The notes under the pieces are model-generated. The model worked only from the letters and a program-made list of their open reading frames with translations. It did no database searches and had not been told where the DNA came from. Positions 49,778 to 59,155 of a DNA stretch of 64,000 bases are shown here, piece after piece (position 1 is the stretch's first letter; the number at the start of each line of letters is the position of its first letter). The position numbers were made by a program, and so were the translations under genes. The stretch comes from Acidobacteriota bacterium (GTDB lineage Bacteria; Acidobacteriota; UBA6911; RPQK01; JAJDTT01). The stretch lies in NCBI GenBank assembly GCA_965116695.1, contig OZ220706.1:4547661-4611660 (forward strand). Reading direction: 5' to 3'.

Positions 49778-51082
49778 TCAACCCTGTTCCGCCTGTCCCG
49801 GCTCCACCAGCAGCAGGGTGCGGTTCTCCGGACGGAAGGTCTCGGCGGCCACTTGCAGAATATCCTCGGAAGTCGTCTCGGCGTACCGGGACCACTCCCG
49901 GTTGATTTCCCCGGCGTCGCCGTAGAACACGGCGTGGTGGGCCAGGATCTCTCCCACGTCCGACACCTTCTCCAGCCGGCGGACGAAACGAAACGCCACC
50001 TGATTGCGCGCCTTTTCCAGCTCCTCCGGAGTCGCCGCCTCCCGGCCCAGCCGGCCCAGCTCGCCCTCGACCAGGTCCAGGACCGGGGCGACCGGGACGC
50101 CGTCCTGAATCTGCAGGAAGATGCCGAACATGCCCGGGCCGCGGTACTGGTTGGGTCCGGACGACAGTCCGGCGACCCAGTTGCGTTCGTAGACCAGTTG
50201 GCGGTAGAGGCGGGAGGAGGAGCCGTCCGTCAGCAGCAGGGCGAGGATGCTCAGGGCGTAGTACTCGGGACTGCCCACGGGCGGCATGTGGTAGCCCATG
50301 ATGACCAGGGGGAGCACGGCCAGGGGGTCCCGGATCGTCTCCCGTTTCTCCTCCTGTTGAGACGGCTCCCGGAATTCCGGCCGTATGGATCGTGTCCGAT
50401 CCGGAATCGGGCCGAAGTAACGGTGGACCGATTCCAGCGCGGCGGCCTCCTCCAGGTCTCCCGAGAGGACCAGCACGGCGTTTCCCGGTCCGTAGTGCGT
50501 CCGGTGAAACTCCCTGGCGTCGGCCAGGGTCGCCCGTTGCAGGTCTTCGACGGCGCCGATGATGGGATGGGCATATTCCCAACTCTCGTAGGCCAGGTCG
50601 TCCAGCCTCAGAAAGGCTCGGCCGTAGGGCCGGTTGTCGTAACTCTGCTTTTTCTCCTCGATGACCGTCTGCCTCTGGTTCTCGAAATTCTCCGCCGTCA
50701 CCTCCAGGGAACTCATGCGGTCCGCCTCCAGCCACAGCCCCAGGTCCAGGCAATTCGACGGCAGCGTTTCGTGGTAGGCGGTGCGGTCCTTGCTGGTGGT
50801 GGCGTTCCAACGTCCTCCCGCCTCGTCCACGTATCGGCCGTGCTCGTTCTTGGCCACGTTTCGGGATCCCTGGAACATCATGTGTTCGAAGAGGTGGGCG
50901 AGGCCCGAAAGTCCCGGAATTTCGTAGGAGGAGCCGACCCGGTAGTGGAGGCTGATATGCACCAGGGGAACGCGGCGGCGGGGCCGCAGGATGACCTGGA
51001 GGCCGTTGGACAGGGTTTCCTGCCGGAACCGGACGTTTGGAATATCCAGGCGTTCCCCGGCCGGGTCGGGATCCGTTTTCAT
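49778..51082 (-). CDS. M16 family zinc metallopeptidase (catalytic subunit)
   Basis: Inverted zinc-binding motif HLFEHMMFQGS (HxxEH) near the N-terminus, and a downstream ...E...YH... region typical of pitrilysins. Confidence 0.85.
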   Translation of the reverse strand: MKTDPDPAGERLDIPNVRFRQETLSNGLQVILRPRRRVPLVHISLHYRVGSSYEIPGLSGLAHLFEHMMFQGSRNVAKNEHGRYVDEAGGRWNATTSKDRTAYHETLPSNCLDLGLWLEADRMSSLEVTAENFENQRQTVIEEKKQSYDNRPYGRAFLRLDDLAYESWEYAHPIIGAVEDLQRATLADAREFHRTHYGPGNAVLVLSGDLEEAAALESVHRYFGPIPDRTRSIRPEFREPSQQEEKRETIRDPLAVLPLVIMGYHMPPVGSPEYYALSILALLLTDGSSSRLYRQLVYERNWVAGLSSGPNQYRGPGMFGIFLQIQDGVPVAPVLDLVEGELGRLGREAATPEELEKARNQVAFRFVRRLEKVSDVGEILAHHAVFYGDAGEINREWSRYAETTSEDILQVAAETFRPENRTLLLVEPGQAEQG

Positions 51083-51119
51083 GCGGGGATTCTACCGTCT
51101 GGGGCCCGGTCTCGGCGAA

Positions 51120-51728
51120 CTATCGAATCTCGAATTCGAAGAAGACCAGCGGTTCCTTGGCCGAAAAATTGAAGACGTCGGGGAGGTAGAAGCGGCTCTT
51201 GGAAAGCTTCCATCCGTCCCACGGGATTTCGTAGAAGACCACGCCGAAGTCCTTGGTGTACGGCGCTATGAGTTTTTCGCCGAAGGCTTTCTGCTCGAAG
51301 TCGGCGAGCATCTCCTCGCTGGCGACCTTTATCTTCCGGGACCCGCGGCGGCCGGGGCCGCGGGGCGGAAAATCCGAGATCGGGGGCCGCCGCTTGTTGT
51401 TCAGGTCCGCCAGCACGTCCAGGTAGTGCATCGGACGGTGCTGGGTCCCGGCGTCGTCGATCAGGAAAATGGCCCCCCCGTCCAGGCTCACCACGAAATC
51501 GTTGTTGTTCTCCACCACGATGAGCACCGGGAGGATCCGCTTCTTGGCGAACTTGTCGGTGTCGAACAACTGGCGGGCCTTGCGGCGGCTGTCGCAGGGG
51601 TATGCGGCAATGACCAGGTTCTGGGATTCCTGGTGGGCGGCGTACTCTTTGGCTTCCTTCGTGCGGATCTCCACGGATTCGTAGCCTGGAACCAGGGAAA
51701 CCGCCAGCAGAAAGAAAATCCCAGTCAT
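51120..51728 (-). CDS. hypothetical secreted protein (202 aa)
   Basis: N-terminal signal peptide; no recognisable domain. Confidence 0.4.
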   Translation of the reverse strand: MTGIFFLLAVSLVPGYESVEIRTKEAKEYAAHQESQNLVIAAYPCDSRRKARQLFDTDKFAKKRILPVLIVVENNNDFVVSLDGGAIFLIDDAGTQHRPMHYLDVLADLNNKRRPPISDFPPRGPGRRGSRKIKVASEEMLADFEQKAFGEKLIAPYTKDFGVVFYEIPWDGWKLSKSRFYLPDVFNFSAKEPLVFFEFEIR

Positions 51729-51792
51729 TGATATTCGAACCCCATTGTAAACCGTGAGCGCCGCATCGCGCCGGGCCGCGGCATCTTCCCGG

Positions 51793-52350
51793 TCAAACCT
51801 GGTTCGCTCGCGATGCCCGGACCAGGATTCGGTCCACGCGCCGGAGGACCTCGCCGTGCAGAACCGACCGGTTCTTCCGGGTCAGCTTCACCAGATGCAC
51901 ATCCTCCCGGTCCCGAATTCGCTTCAGGACGCCGGCCCCGTGCAGCGAGATGGTGCCCAGGACCGGACAAGGCGAATCCAGGACCTCGAGTATCGCCTTC
52001 CGCAAGGGCCGCGAGAGGAGTTCCATCTTGGCGATCTCGTCCACCACCACCAGGTCCGGCCGCTTCCGCTTCCAGTCCAGATGGGGCAGGATCAGGTTCT
52101 CCAGCATCCCGGGGTGGACACCGTAGGGTCCCAGCCGGTACCGGGAGGTGGTCTGGTAGTCCCGGTGCGCGAACACTCCCGAAGTCCCGTTCAGGGCCAC
52201 CGCCCGGAATCCCACGCGCCGGCCCCGGGCTCGGATCTCTTCGGTGTAGAAGCCGCTCAGTGCCAGGTTTCCGAGCCGTTTGACGAGCCGCTTGACGAGA
52301 GTGGTCTTCCCGATTCCCGGATGTCCCGTGAGCAGCAGGTTCTTGGTCAT
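51793..52350 (-). CDS. nucleoside-triphosphatase (THEP1/KAP-like small NTPase)
   Basis: Walker A LTGHPGIGKTTL at the N-terminus, Walker B LVVVDEIAKME. About 185 aa. Confidence 0.65.
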   Translation of the reverse strand: MTKNLLLTGHPGIGKTTLVKRLVKRLGNLALSGFYTEEIRARGRRVGFRAVALNGTSGVFAHRDYQTTSRYRLGPYGVHPGMLENLILPHLDWKRKRPDLVVVDEIAKMELLSRPLRKAILEVLDSPCPVLGTISLHGAGVLKRIRDREDVHLVKLTRKNRSVLHGEVLRRVDRILVRASRANQV

Positions 52351-53363
52351 TGGCGGCGCCCCAGATGGCGATGCAGGTAGCGGATGATGTGCCATCCGTC
52401 CATGTAGATGAAGGGGAACCGGGCCGTCGTGTAGTGGCCGCAAGGGAGTTCGATCCGATCGAACGGGATTTCATGCTCCCCGTATCTCAGAAAGACCTGT
52501 TGCGAGAGTTCCGGGGTGAAGGTCAGATCGTAGCGGGCGGTGATCAGGAGATGGGGACGGCGGGATTCCCGGAGCCGGGGAATGAAGTACCAGGGACTGA
52601 TGGGTGACCAGCAGTGCTCCAGGTCGTCCCGGGCGATGTAGCCTTCCAGGCCCCACCGAACGTACCGCGTGGCCAGTCCGGTCCAGACGACCTGGGCGAA
52701 GGAGGAGGAGACGTGGTTGAACACGCCGGTCTCGATGAGCGGGTCATGGACGAAGGCCAGGAACGTGACGCAGGAGCCGATGCTGGTTCCCACGACGCCC
52801 ACGTGTTCGTAGCCTTCGTCACGGAGCCAGCGGGCGGTCTGCTGCACTTCCAGCACGGCTTGGCGCGTGGCCTGAAGGGTCCTGCCGATGTTGGGGCTGA
52901 CCATGTGTTCGGCCCGGACTTCCCCCGGAGGCAGCCGCCGTTCATGGTAGGGCAGCGACAGGCGAACGGCCGTGATGCCCAGGTGTTTCAAGAGCCGGCA
53001 AAGTCCCACGTGGCTGGTGGAGTCGGCGTTCCACTGGGGCACCACGATGACGGCCCGTCGCCGATCCGGACCCGGAAAGATCCGGGCATAGACCGTATTG
53101 TTCACCGGGTAGGCGCTCTCGACCGGGGTCCGGAAAGTGAGACGGTCGCCGGAACGCCGGGGATTTTGCGGGGGCGAGCTCTCGTAGAAGTGGTGGTCCG
53201 CCAATGCCGACTTGGCATACCGCTTCACCTGGGAGAGGGGGTCGTCGCCGCCTGTTTGGCCGAGGCACTCCAAGCCCCATCCGAAGGGCAGGATCCGGCG
53301 GCTCGTATCGCGAAGCGTCAGGATTCTTTCGCGGCGCAGGATCCAGCGGCCGTAGGCGTTCAT
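52347..53363 (-). CDS. alpha/beta-hydrolase fold esterase
   Basis: GxSxG nucleophile elbow VVGTSIGS. Start taken at MNAYGRW, since the longer ORF overlaps the upstream transporter. Confidence 0.6.
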   Translation of the reverse strand: MNAYGRWILRRERILTLRDTSRRILPFGWGLECLGQTGGDDPLSQVKRYAKSALADHHFYESSPPQNPRRSGDRLTFRTPVESAYPVNNTVYARIFPGPDRRRAVIVVPQWNADSTSHVGLCRLLKHLGITAVRLSLPYHERRLPPGEVRAEHMVSPNIGRTLQATRQAVLEVQQTARWLRDEGYEHVGVVGTSIGSCVTFLAFVHDPLIETGVFNHVSSSFAQVVWTGLATRYVRWGLEGYIARDDLEHCWSPISPWYFIPRLRESRRPHLLITARYDLTFTPELSQQVFLRYGEHEIPFDRIELPCGHYTTARFPFIYMDGWHIIRYLHRHLGRRQ

Positions 53364-54454
53364 TCGGACGGCCGATCGGTCGCGCGCTGTCCGAACTCGA
53401 GTTGGAAGAGCTCCAAAAACGACAGTCCGAGGGCCACCAGGATGGGACCGAAGATGAGGCCCGGCAAACCCAGGTAGGAGACTCCTCCCATCAGGGAAAA
53501 GAAGACCAGCAGGCTGTGCATCTTCACTCTGCCTTCGATGAAGAAGGGCCGGACCACGTTGTCGAGAAGCCCGACCAGGAGGAAGAGGCCGATGAACACG
53601 AAGCCGCTGGCGCCCGAGACGGTGCTCAGGAGATAGATCGCCCACGGAACCCAGACGATCGCCGTTCCCACGACGGGAACCAGGGAGAAGAAGGCCGTGA
53701 GCGTGCCCCAGAAAATCGCCTGGTCGATCCCCACGATCCAGAAGACCAGTCCTCCTGCAATGCCTTGAACCACCGCCGTGACCAGGCTCCCCACCACAGT
53801 GGCCGAGGCGACCTGGCGAAACGTGGACATGATCTGGCGCTGATACTCGTCCGAGAGGGGTGACAGATGCCTGAAATCCCGGGTCAGGCGGGCGCTGTCC
53901 CGGAAGAGGAAGAACATGGTGATCAGCATGATCAGGAAACTGGTGACGAAACTCAGCAGGCCGGTCACCAGTTCCGAGCTGTGTTCCAGGAGGAAGAGGC
54001 TGAGTTTTTCAAGCAGCGTGGCCAATCCCTCCCCCAGGTCGAGTTGACCCAATCCGACCCGGTCCAGGTCGACGTACCGTTCAACGAATTGCTGCAATCG
54101 ATCGGGGATCATGCCTTCACGCAATTGCCAGAAGGGGCCCTGCCACTCCCCTTGGTCCAGAGCGGCCTGGAACTTGTCGTAGATCTCCTTTGCCTGGGTC
54201 GTCACCTGGGTCAGGATCAGGGCGAAGGGCAGCAGGATGAGAGCCGTCATTCCCAGGCAGGTGACCAGCGCCGCCAATCCGCTGCGGCCTTTCAGCCTCC
54301 CGCGGATCCAGTCGAAGGCGGGATAGCAAAGGCTCACCAGCACCGCGGCCAACGCCACCGGAAGCAGAAACGGCCGGAAGATCTGCACCACGTAGTAGAA
54401 GACGGGCAGGGAAAAGAGCAGCAGAACCAGTCGCGCGTAGCGTCCCCGATACAT
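53360..54454 (-). CDS. AI-2E family transporter (PerM/TqsA-like)
   Basis: 364 aa with about 8 TM helices. The hydrophobic loop ...RDSARLTRDF... is characteristic of the UPF0118/AI-2E family. Confidence 0.7.
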   Translation of the reverse strand: MYRGRYARLVLLLFSLPVFYYVVQIFRPFLLPVALAAVLVSLCYPAFDWIRGRLKGRSGLAALVTCLGMTALILLPFALILTQVTTQAKEIYDKFQAALDQGEWQGPFWQLREGMIPDRLQQFVERYVDLDRVGLGQLDLGEGLATLLEKLSLFLLEHSSELVTGLLSFVTSFLIMLITMFFLFRDSARLTRDFRHLSPLSDEYQRQIMSTFRQVASATVVGSLVTAVVQGIAGGLVFWIVGIDQAIFWGTLTAFFSLVPVVGTAIVWVPWAIYLLSTVSGASGFVFIGLFLLVGLLDNVVRPFFIEGRVKMHSLLVFFSLMGGVSYLGLPGLIFGPILVALGLSFLELFQLEFGQRATDRPSE

Positions 54455-54617
54455 CAGCCTGAATGATACACTGAAAACCGCTTCCGCAGTCCGTGGTGAG
54501 AGTCCCGCGAAACAGCGACAATACAGTGATCACCAGGTCATGGCGGCGTCTTGGCCGTCCGGTGCGCGGCTTAGGTCCGGTGGTGTGACGGATACGGTAA
54601 CCAGCCGGAAAATCTCC

Positions 54618-55580
54618 ATGGATCCCTGTCCCATCTGTCGAGGGCGCGGCTGGGATCACTTCTGCGCCGTTCCGGACCGCCTTCGGAAGATCACGGAACA
54701 GAGCTGGGAAATCCTCCGTTGCCGTTCCTGCGGTCTCGGCCGGACCGACCCCGCGCCGGGTGAGCGGGACCTCATGGCGTACTACCCGCCCGGGTACTGG
54801 GGGGACGTGGTCAAAACGGTGGAGCAGTTCCAATCCGGACAACTGGTGTCGGCCCGCTCCTGGCGCCAGGAGGCCGAAAAGGTCCGCTTGCTGGAACGCT
54901 ACCTGCGGGAAGGGTCCCTGCTGGATGTGGGTTGCGGGGACGGCAAGTTCCTTTGGGGTCTGGATTCCGGCCGCTGGCGGCGGACCGGGGTCGAACCTTC
55001 GCGGCGAGTGGTCCAACTGGTGCGGGAGCGGATTCCGGACATCGATTTCGTGATCGGGGACCTGTACTCGACTCGGCTGCGGCCGGGTTCCTTCGACGCC
55101 ATGACGTTCTGGCACGTGCTGGAGCACCTTCCGGACCCGAGGCGAGTGATGCGCCGGGTCCGGGATCTGCTGCGGCCGGGGGGCTGGCTCATCATCTCCC
55201 TGCCCAATATGAGCAGTTTGCAGGCCCGGGTTTTTCGCCGGCACTGGTATGCGTTCGATGACGTGCCCCGGCACCTGTTCCACTATTCTCCGCGCTCCCT
55301 GGCGCTGCTTCTGGAACAGGAGGGTTTCCAGGTCAGGGATCAACTCGGTTTTTCCAGGATCATCGGTTTTCACTGCCTGAAGCACAGCCTGGTCAACTGG
55401 TCGGAAAGCCTTTTCGGTTCCCGGGCGCCCTACTATTCGCTCAAGCCCATCCTGCCCCTGTGCGCTCTGCTGGAGCGAGTGGTGCGGCGCTCCGGCATCG
55501 TTACCCTGGTGGCCCGGAAGCCTGGCCGGCCGCGGCCGGAACCCGAAGTGAAACAGAGCCCCGAACGGTACGTACCGTAG
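54618..55580 (+). CDS. class I SAM-dependent methyltransferase with N-terminal zinc-ribbon
   Basis: CPICRG...CRSCG zinc ribbon. SAM-binding motif I LLDVGCGDGKF and motif post-I IGDLYSTRL. Confidence 0.75.
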   Translation: MDPCPICRGRGWDHFCAVPDRLRKITEQSWEILRCRSCGLGRTDPAPGERDLMAYYPPGYWGDVVKTVEQFQSGQLVSARSWRQEAEKVRLLERYLREGSLLDVGCGDGKFLWGLDSGRWRRTGVEPSRRVVQLVRERIPDIDFVIGDLYSTRLRPGSFDAMTFWHVLEHLPDPRRVMRRVRDLLRPGGWLIISLPNMSSLQARVFRRHWYAFDDVPRHLFHYSPRSLALLLEQEGFQVRDQLGFSRIIGFHCLKHSLVNWSESLFGSRAPYYSLKPILPLCALLERVVRRSGIVTLVARKPGRPRPEPEVKQSPERYVP

Positions 55581-55588
55581 GTTGGAGG

Positions 55589-56185
55589 ATGGAGAAGACC
55601 GATGCCGAGTTGGTCATCGCGAGCCTCGAGGGCGCGCCATATGCGTTCGAGCAGATCGTCCAGCGTTACGAGCGGCTGGTCTTCAGCATCATCTACCATC
55701 AGTTGGGCCGGCGGCAGGAAGTGGAGGACGTGGCTCAGGAAGTCTTCCTCAAGGTTTTCAACTCCCTCGGCCGATTTGATCGGCGCCGCCCGTTGAAGGC
55801 CTGGATCGCCAAGATCACGGTCAACCAATGCCGCGACGTATTGAGAAAGCGACGGAGTTCCAGGGTGGAGGCGTTCTCCAACTTCACCGAGGAAGAAGAG
55901 AGGAGAATCCGGTCGCTGCACGACGTTTCCGCCGGCACCGCCGCCATGACGGAGGCGCAATCCAGAGCCTGCCTCAAGCTCCTGGACCAGCTCGTGCGCC
56001 GCTTGTCCCACAAGGATCGAACCGCTTTCGTGCTCAGGGAGGTGGAGGGATTCGGATATGATGAGGTGTCCAAGGCCCTGGGAAGCAGCCAGGTGGCGGC
56101 TCGAATCCGAGTCAGCCGCACCCGCAAGCGTCTGCTTGCGGCGCTGTCTCAAGTCCTTTCCGGCGGAGAAACGTTGAAACCATGA
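55589..56185 (+). CDS. ECF-subfamily RNA polymerase sigma-70 factor
   Basis: Region 2 (VEDVAQEVFLKVF) and region 4 (FVLREVEGFGYDEVSKALGSSQVAARIRVSRTRKRL) are both present. Confidence 0.85.
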   Translation: MEKTDAELVIASLEGAPYAFEQIVQRYERLVFSIIYHQLGRRQEVEDVAQEVFLKVFNSLGRFDRRRPLKAWIAKITVNQCRDVLRKRRSSRVEAFSNFTEEEERRIRSLHDVSAGTAAMTEAQSRACLKLLDQLVRRLSHKDRTAFVLREVEGFGYDEVSKALGSSQVAARIRVSRTRKRLLAALSQVLSGGETLKP

Positions 56186-56604
56186 TTCGGAAACACATTC
56201 GGTTTGAAGACCTGGAGCCGAACGAGGTCCCGGACGAGGAACATCTGAAGTCATGCGGGCGGTGCCGCCGGGAATTGCGCGCGTACCGCCTGTTTCGATT
56301 TCACCTGGAGCACTTGCCCCAAATCGAGCCTCCGGCCCATTTTGCCCGGACCGTGGCCCGGCTGGCCGAGGAAAGGCGGGTTGTGCCGTTCGCCCTGTTC
56401 CTGGAACGGGCCGCCCGGCAATTGGCGCCCGGTTTGATCGTCCTGATGGGGGCCGTCTCCGTCCTGCTCTATCTGGTTTCACAGCCGGTCGACGTGGGTT
56501 TGGCTCCGTTGGAGAGCCTGCCCGAGGAGGCCTCCCTGGAATACACCGTCGATTCCTTGAGGGCGTCGTCGGAAGGGGGTTGGATCATTGACGAATCGAA
56601 CTAA
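56182..56604 (+). CDS. anti-sigma factor (zinc-finger + single TM helix)
   Basis: Overlaps the sigma-factor stop. HxxxCxxC-like CGRCRREL, followed by a TM helix. Confidence 0.6.
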   Translation: MIRKHIRFEDLEPNEVPDEEHLKSCGRCRRELRAYRLFRFHLEHLPQIEPPAHFARTVARLAEERRVVPFALFLERAARQLAPGLIVLMGAVSVLLYLVSQPVDVGLAPLESLPEEASLEYTVDSLRASSEGGWIIDESN

Positions 56605-57028
56605 GGCCGTCTTCTGGATCATCTTCGTCTTCCTCTCGGGCAGCTTCGTCGGTGGCGTCCTGACCCATGTCCTGATCCGGCCGGCGCACTTTTATGCCGG
56701 AGGCGGGCCCGATCGGCGGCCGCCGGCGCGAGAGCCGGGACAGCCTCGCCGCAACGTGTCGCGGTTCCTCCAACGCCTGGATCAGGCTCTGGATCTGGAC
56801 CCGGACCAGGAAGCCGAGGTTCGCCGGATCGTGGAGACGACTCGGAAGAGGTTTCGCGGGGCGGCCGAAGAAGCCTCCCGGATGCACAGGGAGATTCGTA
56901 AACAGGCCCGGAATCAGATTCGCACTCTCCTCAGGCCGGAGCAGGTGGAGAAATTCGACGAGATGACCCGGCGGAAGGATCGAAGGTTCCGCGAGGGAAG
57001 ACGCCGCGGCCCGGGCGCTTGCCAATAG
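56588..57028 (+). CDS. Spy/CpxP-like periplasmic protein (LTxxQ-motif family)
   Basis: Signal/TM anchor, then a basic helical region with LDLDPDQ...RRIVETTRKRF... and LLRPEQVEKFDEM repeats, as in Spy/CpxP family members. Confidence 0.55.
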   Translation: MTNRTKAVFWIIFVFLSGSFVGGVLTHVLIRPAHFYAGGGPDRRPPAREPGQPRRNVSRFLQRLDQALDLDPDQEAEVRRIVETTRKRFRGAAEEASRMHREIRKQARNQIRTLLRPEQVEKFDEMTRRKDRRFREGRRRGPGACQ

Positions 57029-57073
57029 TTCAGTTCGCCTTTCGAGGCGGTCCCTGCATCTTCCTGTAATAGA

Positions 57074-57937
57074 ATGACGGCCTTTGCACATTCGCGGCGG
57101 GAGCCGCCGCGGGATTCGACCGACGTTGTCTCCAGACGGGCGCCGGGCATTTGCGTGAGAAGAACGGAACCTCCGGTCAGTCTGACACCAACGTCTTCCC
57201 CGCATTCCGTTCCGTTGACCCGTTTCTCTTTCCTCGGCAAGTGTTGCCTCGCACTGGTCCTGGCGGGCGGCATCGCCAAGCCGGTCCGGGGTCAGGCCGC
57301 AGCCGATTCCCATCCCAGGAAATGGGAGTTCTCATTCCTGGCCGGCGCAGGATATCTGTCCGACAGGACTTTTGGGCCGGCGGCGTCCGGGAATGGTTCT
57401 CCCCTGGTCGGGCTCGACTACAATGCCGGTTACTCGCTCGCAATCGGTGTGACCGAAAACCTGGCCGACAAGTTCGGCGCCGAGATGCGCTACGGCGTCG
57501 GCAGCCTTCCGTTGGCGGCCGGCACCCTGACGGAGGGGGCGACGGTGCCGGAGCAGGCCCATCATGTCCATGGGCTCATCTACAGCCTGGTCGTCTACCC
57601 TCAGGGCTGGCGGCGGGGCCGGCTCGTTCCGTATGCGTTGGCGGGGCTCGGAGCGTCGCTGTTCCAGCCGTCCGGAGACGCCGATGCGGCCTCCCCGGGC
57701 CTGGTCCTCAAGAACCGCTGGAAGTTGGCGGGCGAGATGGGCGGTGGCGTCAAGCTCTACCTGAATCCGCCCTGGAGCCTCCGTTTCGAGGTTCGGGACC
57801 GGATTACGGGAGTCCCCGACTACGGTCTTCCTCGAGCGGCTTCCCAGGGGGACGGCGCCGGCGGAGGGCTTCCGGCGAGCGGCCGGCTGCACCACTGGCA
57901 GTTCCAGGCCGGCTTCAGCTACAACTTCGCCCCCTGA
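57074..57937 (+). CDS. outer-membrane beta-barrel protein
   Basis: Alternating amphipathic strands and a C-terminal FSYNF(AP) aromatic signature. The real start is probably a TTG/GTG near 57220, before the signal peptide. Confidence 0.5.
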   Translation: MTAFAHSRREPPRDSTDVVSRRAPGICVRRTEPPVSLTPTSSPHSVPLTRFSFLGKCCLALVLAGGIAKPVRGQAAADSHPRKWEFSFLAGAGYLSDRTFGPAASGNGSPLVGLDYNAGYSLAIGVTENLADKFGAEMRYGVGSLPLAAGTLTEGATVPEQAHHVHGLIYSLVVYPQGWRRGRLVPYALAGLGASLFQPSGDADAASPGLVLKNRWKLAGEMGGGVKLYLNPPWSLRFEVRDRITGVPDYGLPRAASQGDGAGGGLPASGRLHHWQFQAGFSYNFAP

Positions 57938-58033
57938 TCGTCCTCTCCGAAGACTCGATTCGCGAATGAGGCCGGGAAACCGGCGGGACGGCCACCGGGC
58001 GCCGCCCGACTCGCTCCTCGCGTCTTACCGGCC

Positions 58034-58822
58034 TCAGTGGGTCATGGCATAGACGATGTAGTTGATTCCCAACTGAAACGCCAGATTGGCGTATTTCCGA
58101 GGGTATTCTTCCACTTCGGCCCACTCCCACGCATCTCCGAGATCCACGTTGTGGTTGATCATCACCATGAGGCGTCCCCGCTCATTCATGACCCCCATGT
58201 AACGCGCGTCGTATCCGCCCTTCTCCCAGGTTTTTCCGTAGAACAGGTACTGGATTCCCGGAATCTGGATCAACTCGTCGATGTCGTAATAGCAATGGAA
58301 GACCGGGTGAGACAGAGGAAGGTCCACCGGCTCGTATTCCGGGAAGACCTTCTTGATCTGCAGGTAGAAGTTGTTCCACTCCCAGGGGCCGTGGAAGTCG
58401 TCCACCACGAGAAAACCGCCCCGCAAAAGGTATTCCCTGAGTTTCGACGCTTCCTGGTCGGAGAGATGCATCCTCCCGACCTCCACGGCGTAGAGAAAGG
58501 GATAGTCGAACACCTCCGAGTCCAGAATGGAGAGGGCCTTGTTGCCGGAAGAGACGAAGGTGAAGTCGCTCAATTTCTCCAGGCCGTACAGGAACTGGAG
58601 GTCGGCCTTCGGGTAGTCGGTCTGCCAACTCCAGCCCCACCCTCGGCGCGCCCAGCCGGGACCCGAGTAGATGAGGCGCAAAAAGGTGAATTCCGAGTCC
58701 TGCCGGCCATCCGCTTCGGGCCCATGGTGGTCGCCGCCGGAAGCCACGGCCAACCAGGCCGCCGGCGCCGCTGCGATCAGCAGCCACATCATCGCGAATG
58801 CCGGTTTCCTGAACACGGTCAA
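58034..58822 (-). CDS. DUF4159 domain-containing secreted protein
   Basis: EFTFLRLIYSG...WQTDYPKADLQFL is the conserved DUF4159 N-terminal block. Signal peptide present. Confidence 0.65.
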   Translation of the reverse strand: MTVFRKPAFAMMWLLIAAAPAAWLAVASGGDHHGPEADGRQDSEFTFLRLIYSGPGWARRGWGWSWQTDYPKADLQFLYGLEKLSDFTFVSSGNKALSILDSEVFDYPFLYAVEVGRMHLSDQEASKLREYLLRGGFLVVDDFHGPWEWNNFYLQIKKVFPEYEPVDLPLSHPVFHCYYDIDELIQIPGIQYLFYGKTWEKGGYDARYMGVMNERGRLMVMINHNVDLGDAWEWAEVEEYPRKYANLAFQLGINYIVYAMTH

Positions 58823-58915
58823 CGGCCTCGTTGCGGATAAACGGGAGCGTTCATATGAGATGCGTTCTCAATGTAAGGGACCCGGGCTTCCGAGACAACT
58901 CGAAGGATGGCAGTA

Positions 58916-58960
58916 GGGGCGACCCTTGTGGTCGCCCTCCCCGGACCCTTGTGGTCGCCC
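58916..58960. repeat. two tandem REP-like hairpins GGCGACC-CTTGT-GGTCGCC (reverse orientation of the ACAA-loop family)
   Basis: GGGGCGACCCTTGTGGTCGCCC and GGACCCTTGTGGTCGCCC lie within a 330-bp non-coding gap. A related GGGCACCCACGAGGGGCGCCCC sits at 58995..59016. Confidence 0.55.
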
Positions 58961-59155
58961 TTCCCGGACCGTCGATTGATGCGGGAACGAAATCGGGCAC
59001 CCACGAGGGGCGCCCCTGCTCCATCCGGTGAACCGTTCCCCATCCCGCGGCCTCCTCGTCTTCGTTCCCACCCTCGTGTATACTCCTTCTCCAGTTGCAA
59101 TAGGCCACGGTTGTCTTTTTCTCCTTTCATTTGAAGCGTACATGGGCGAGGACAT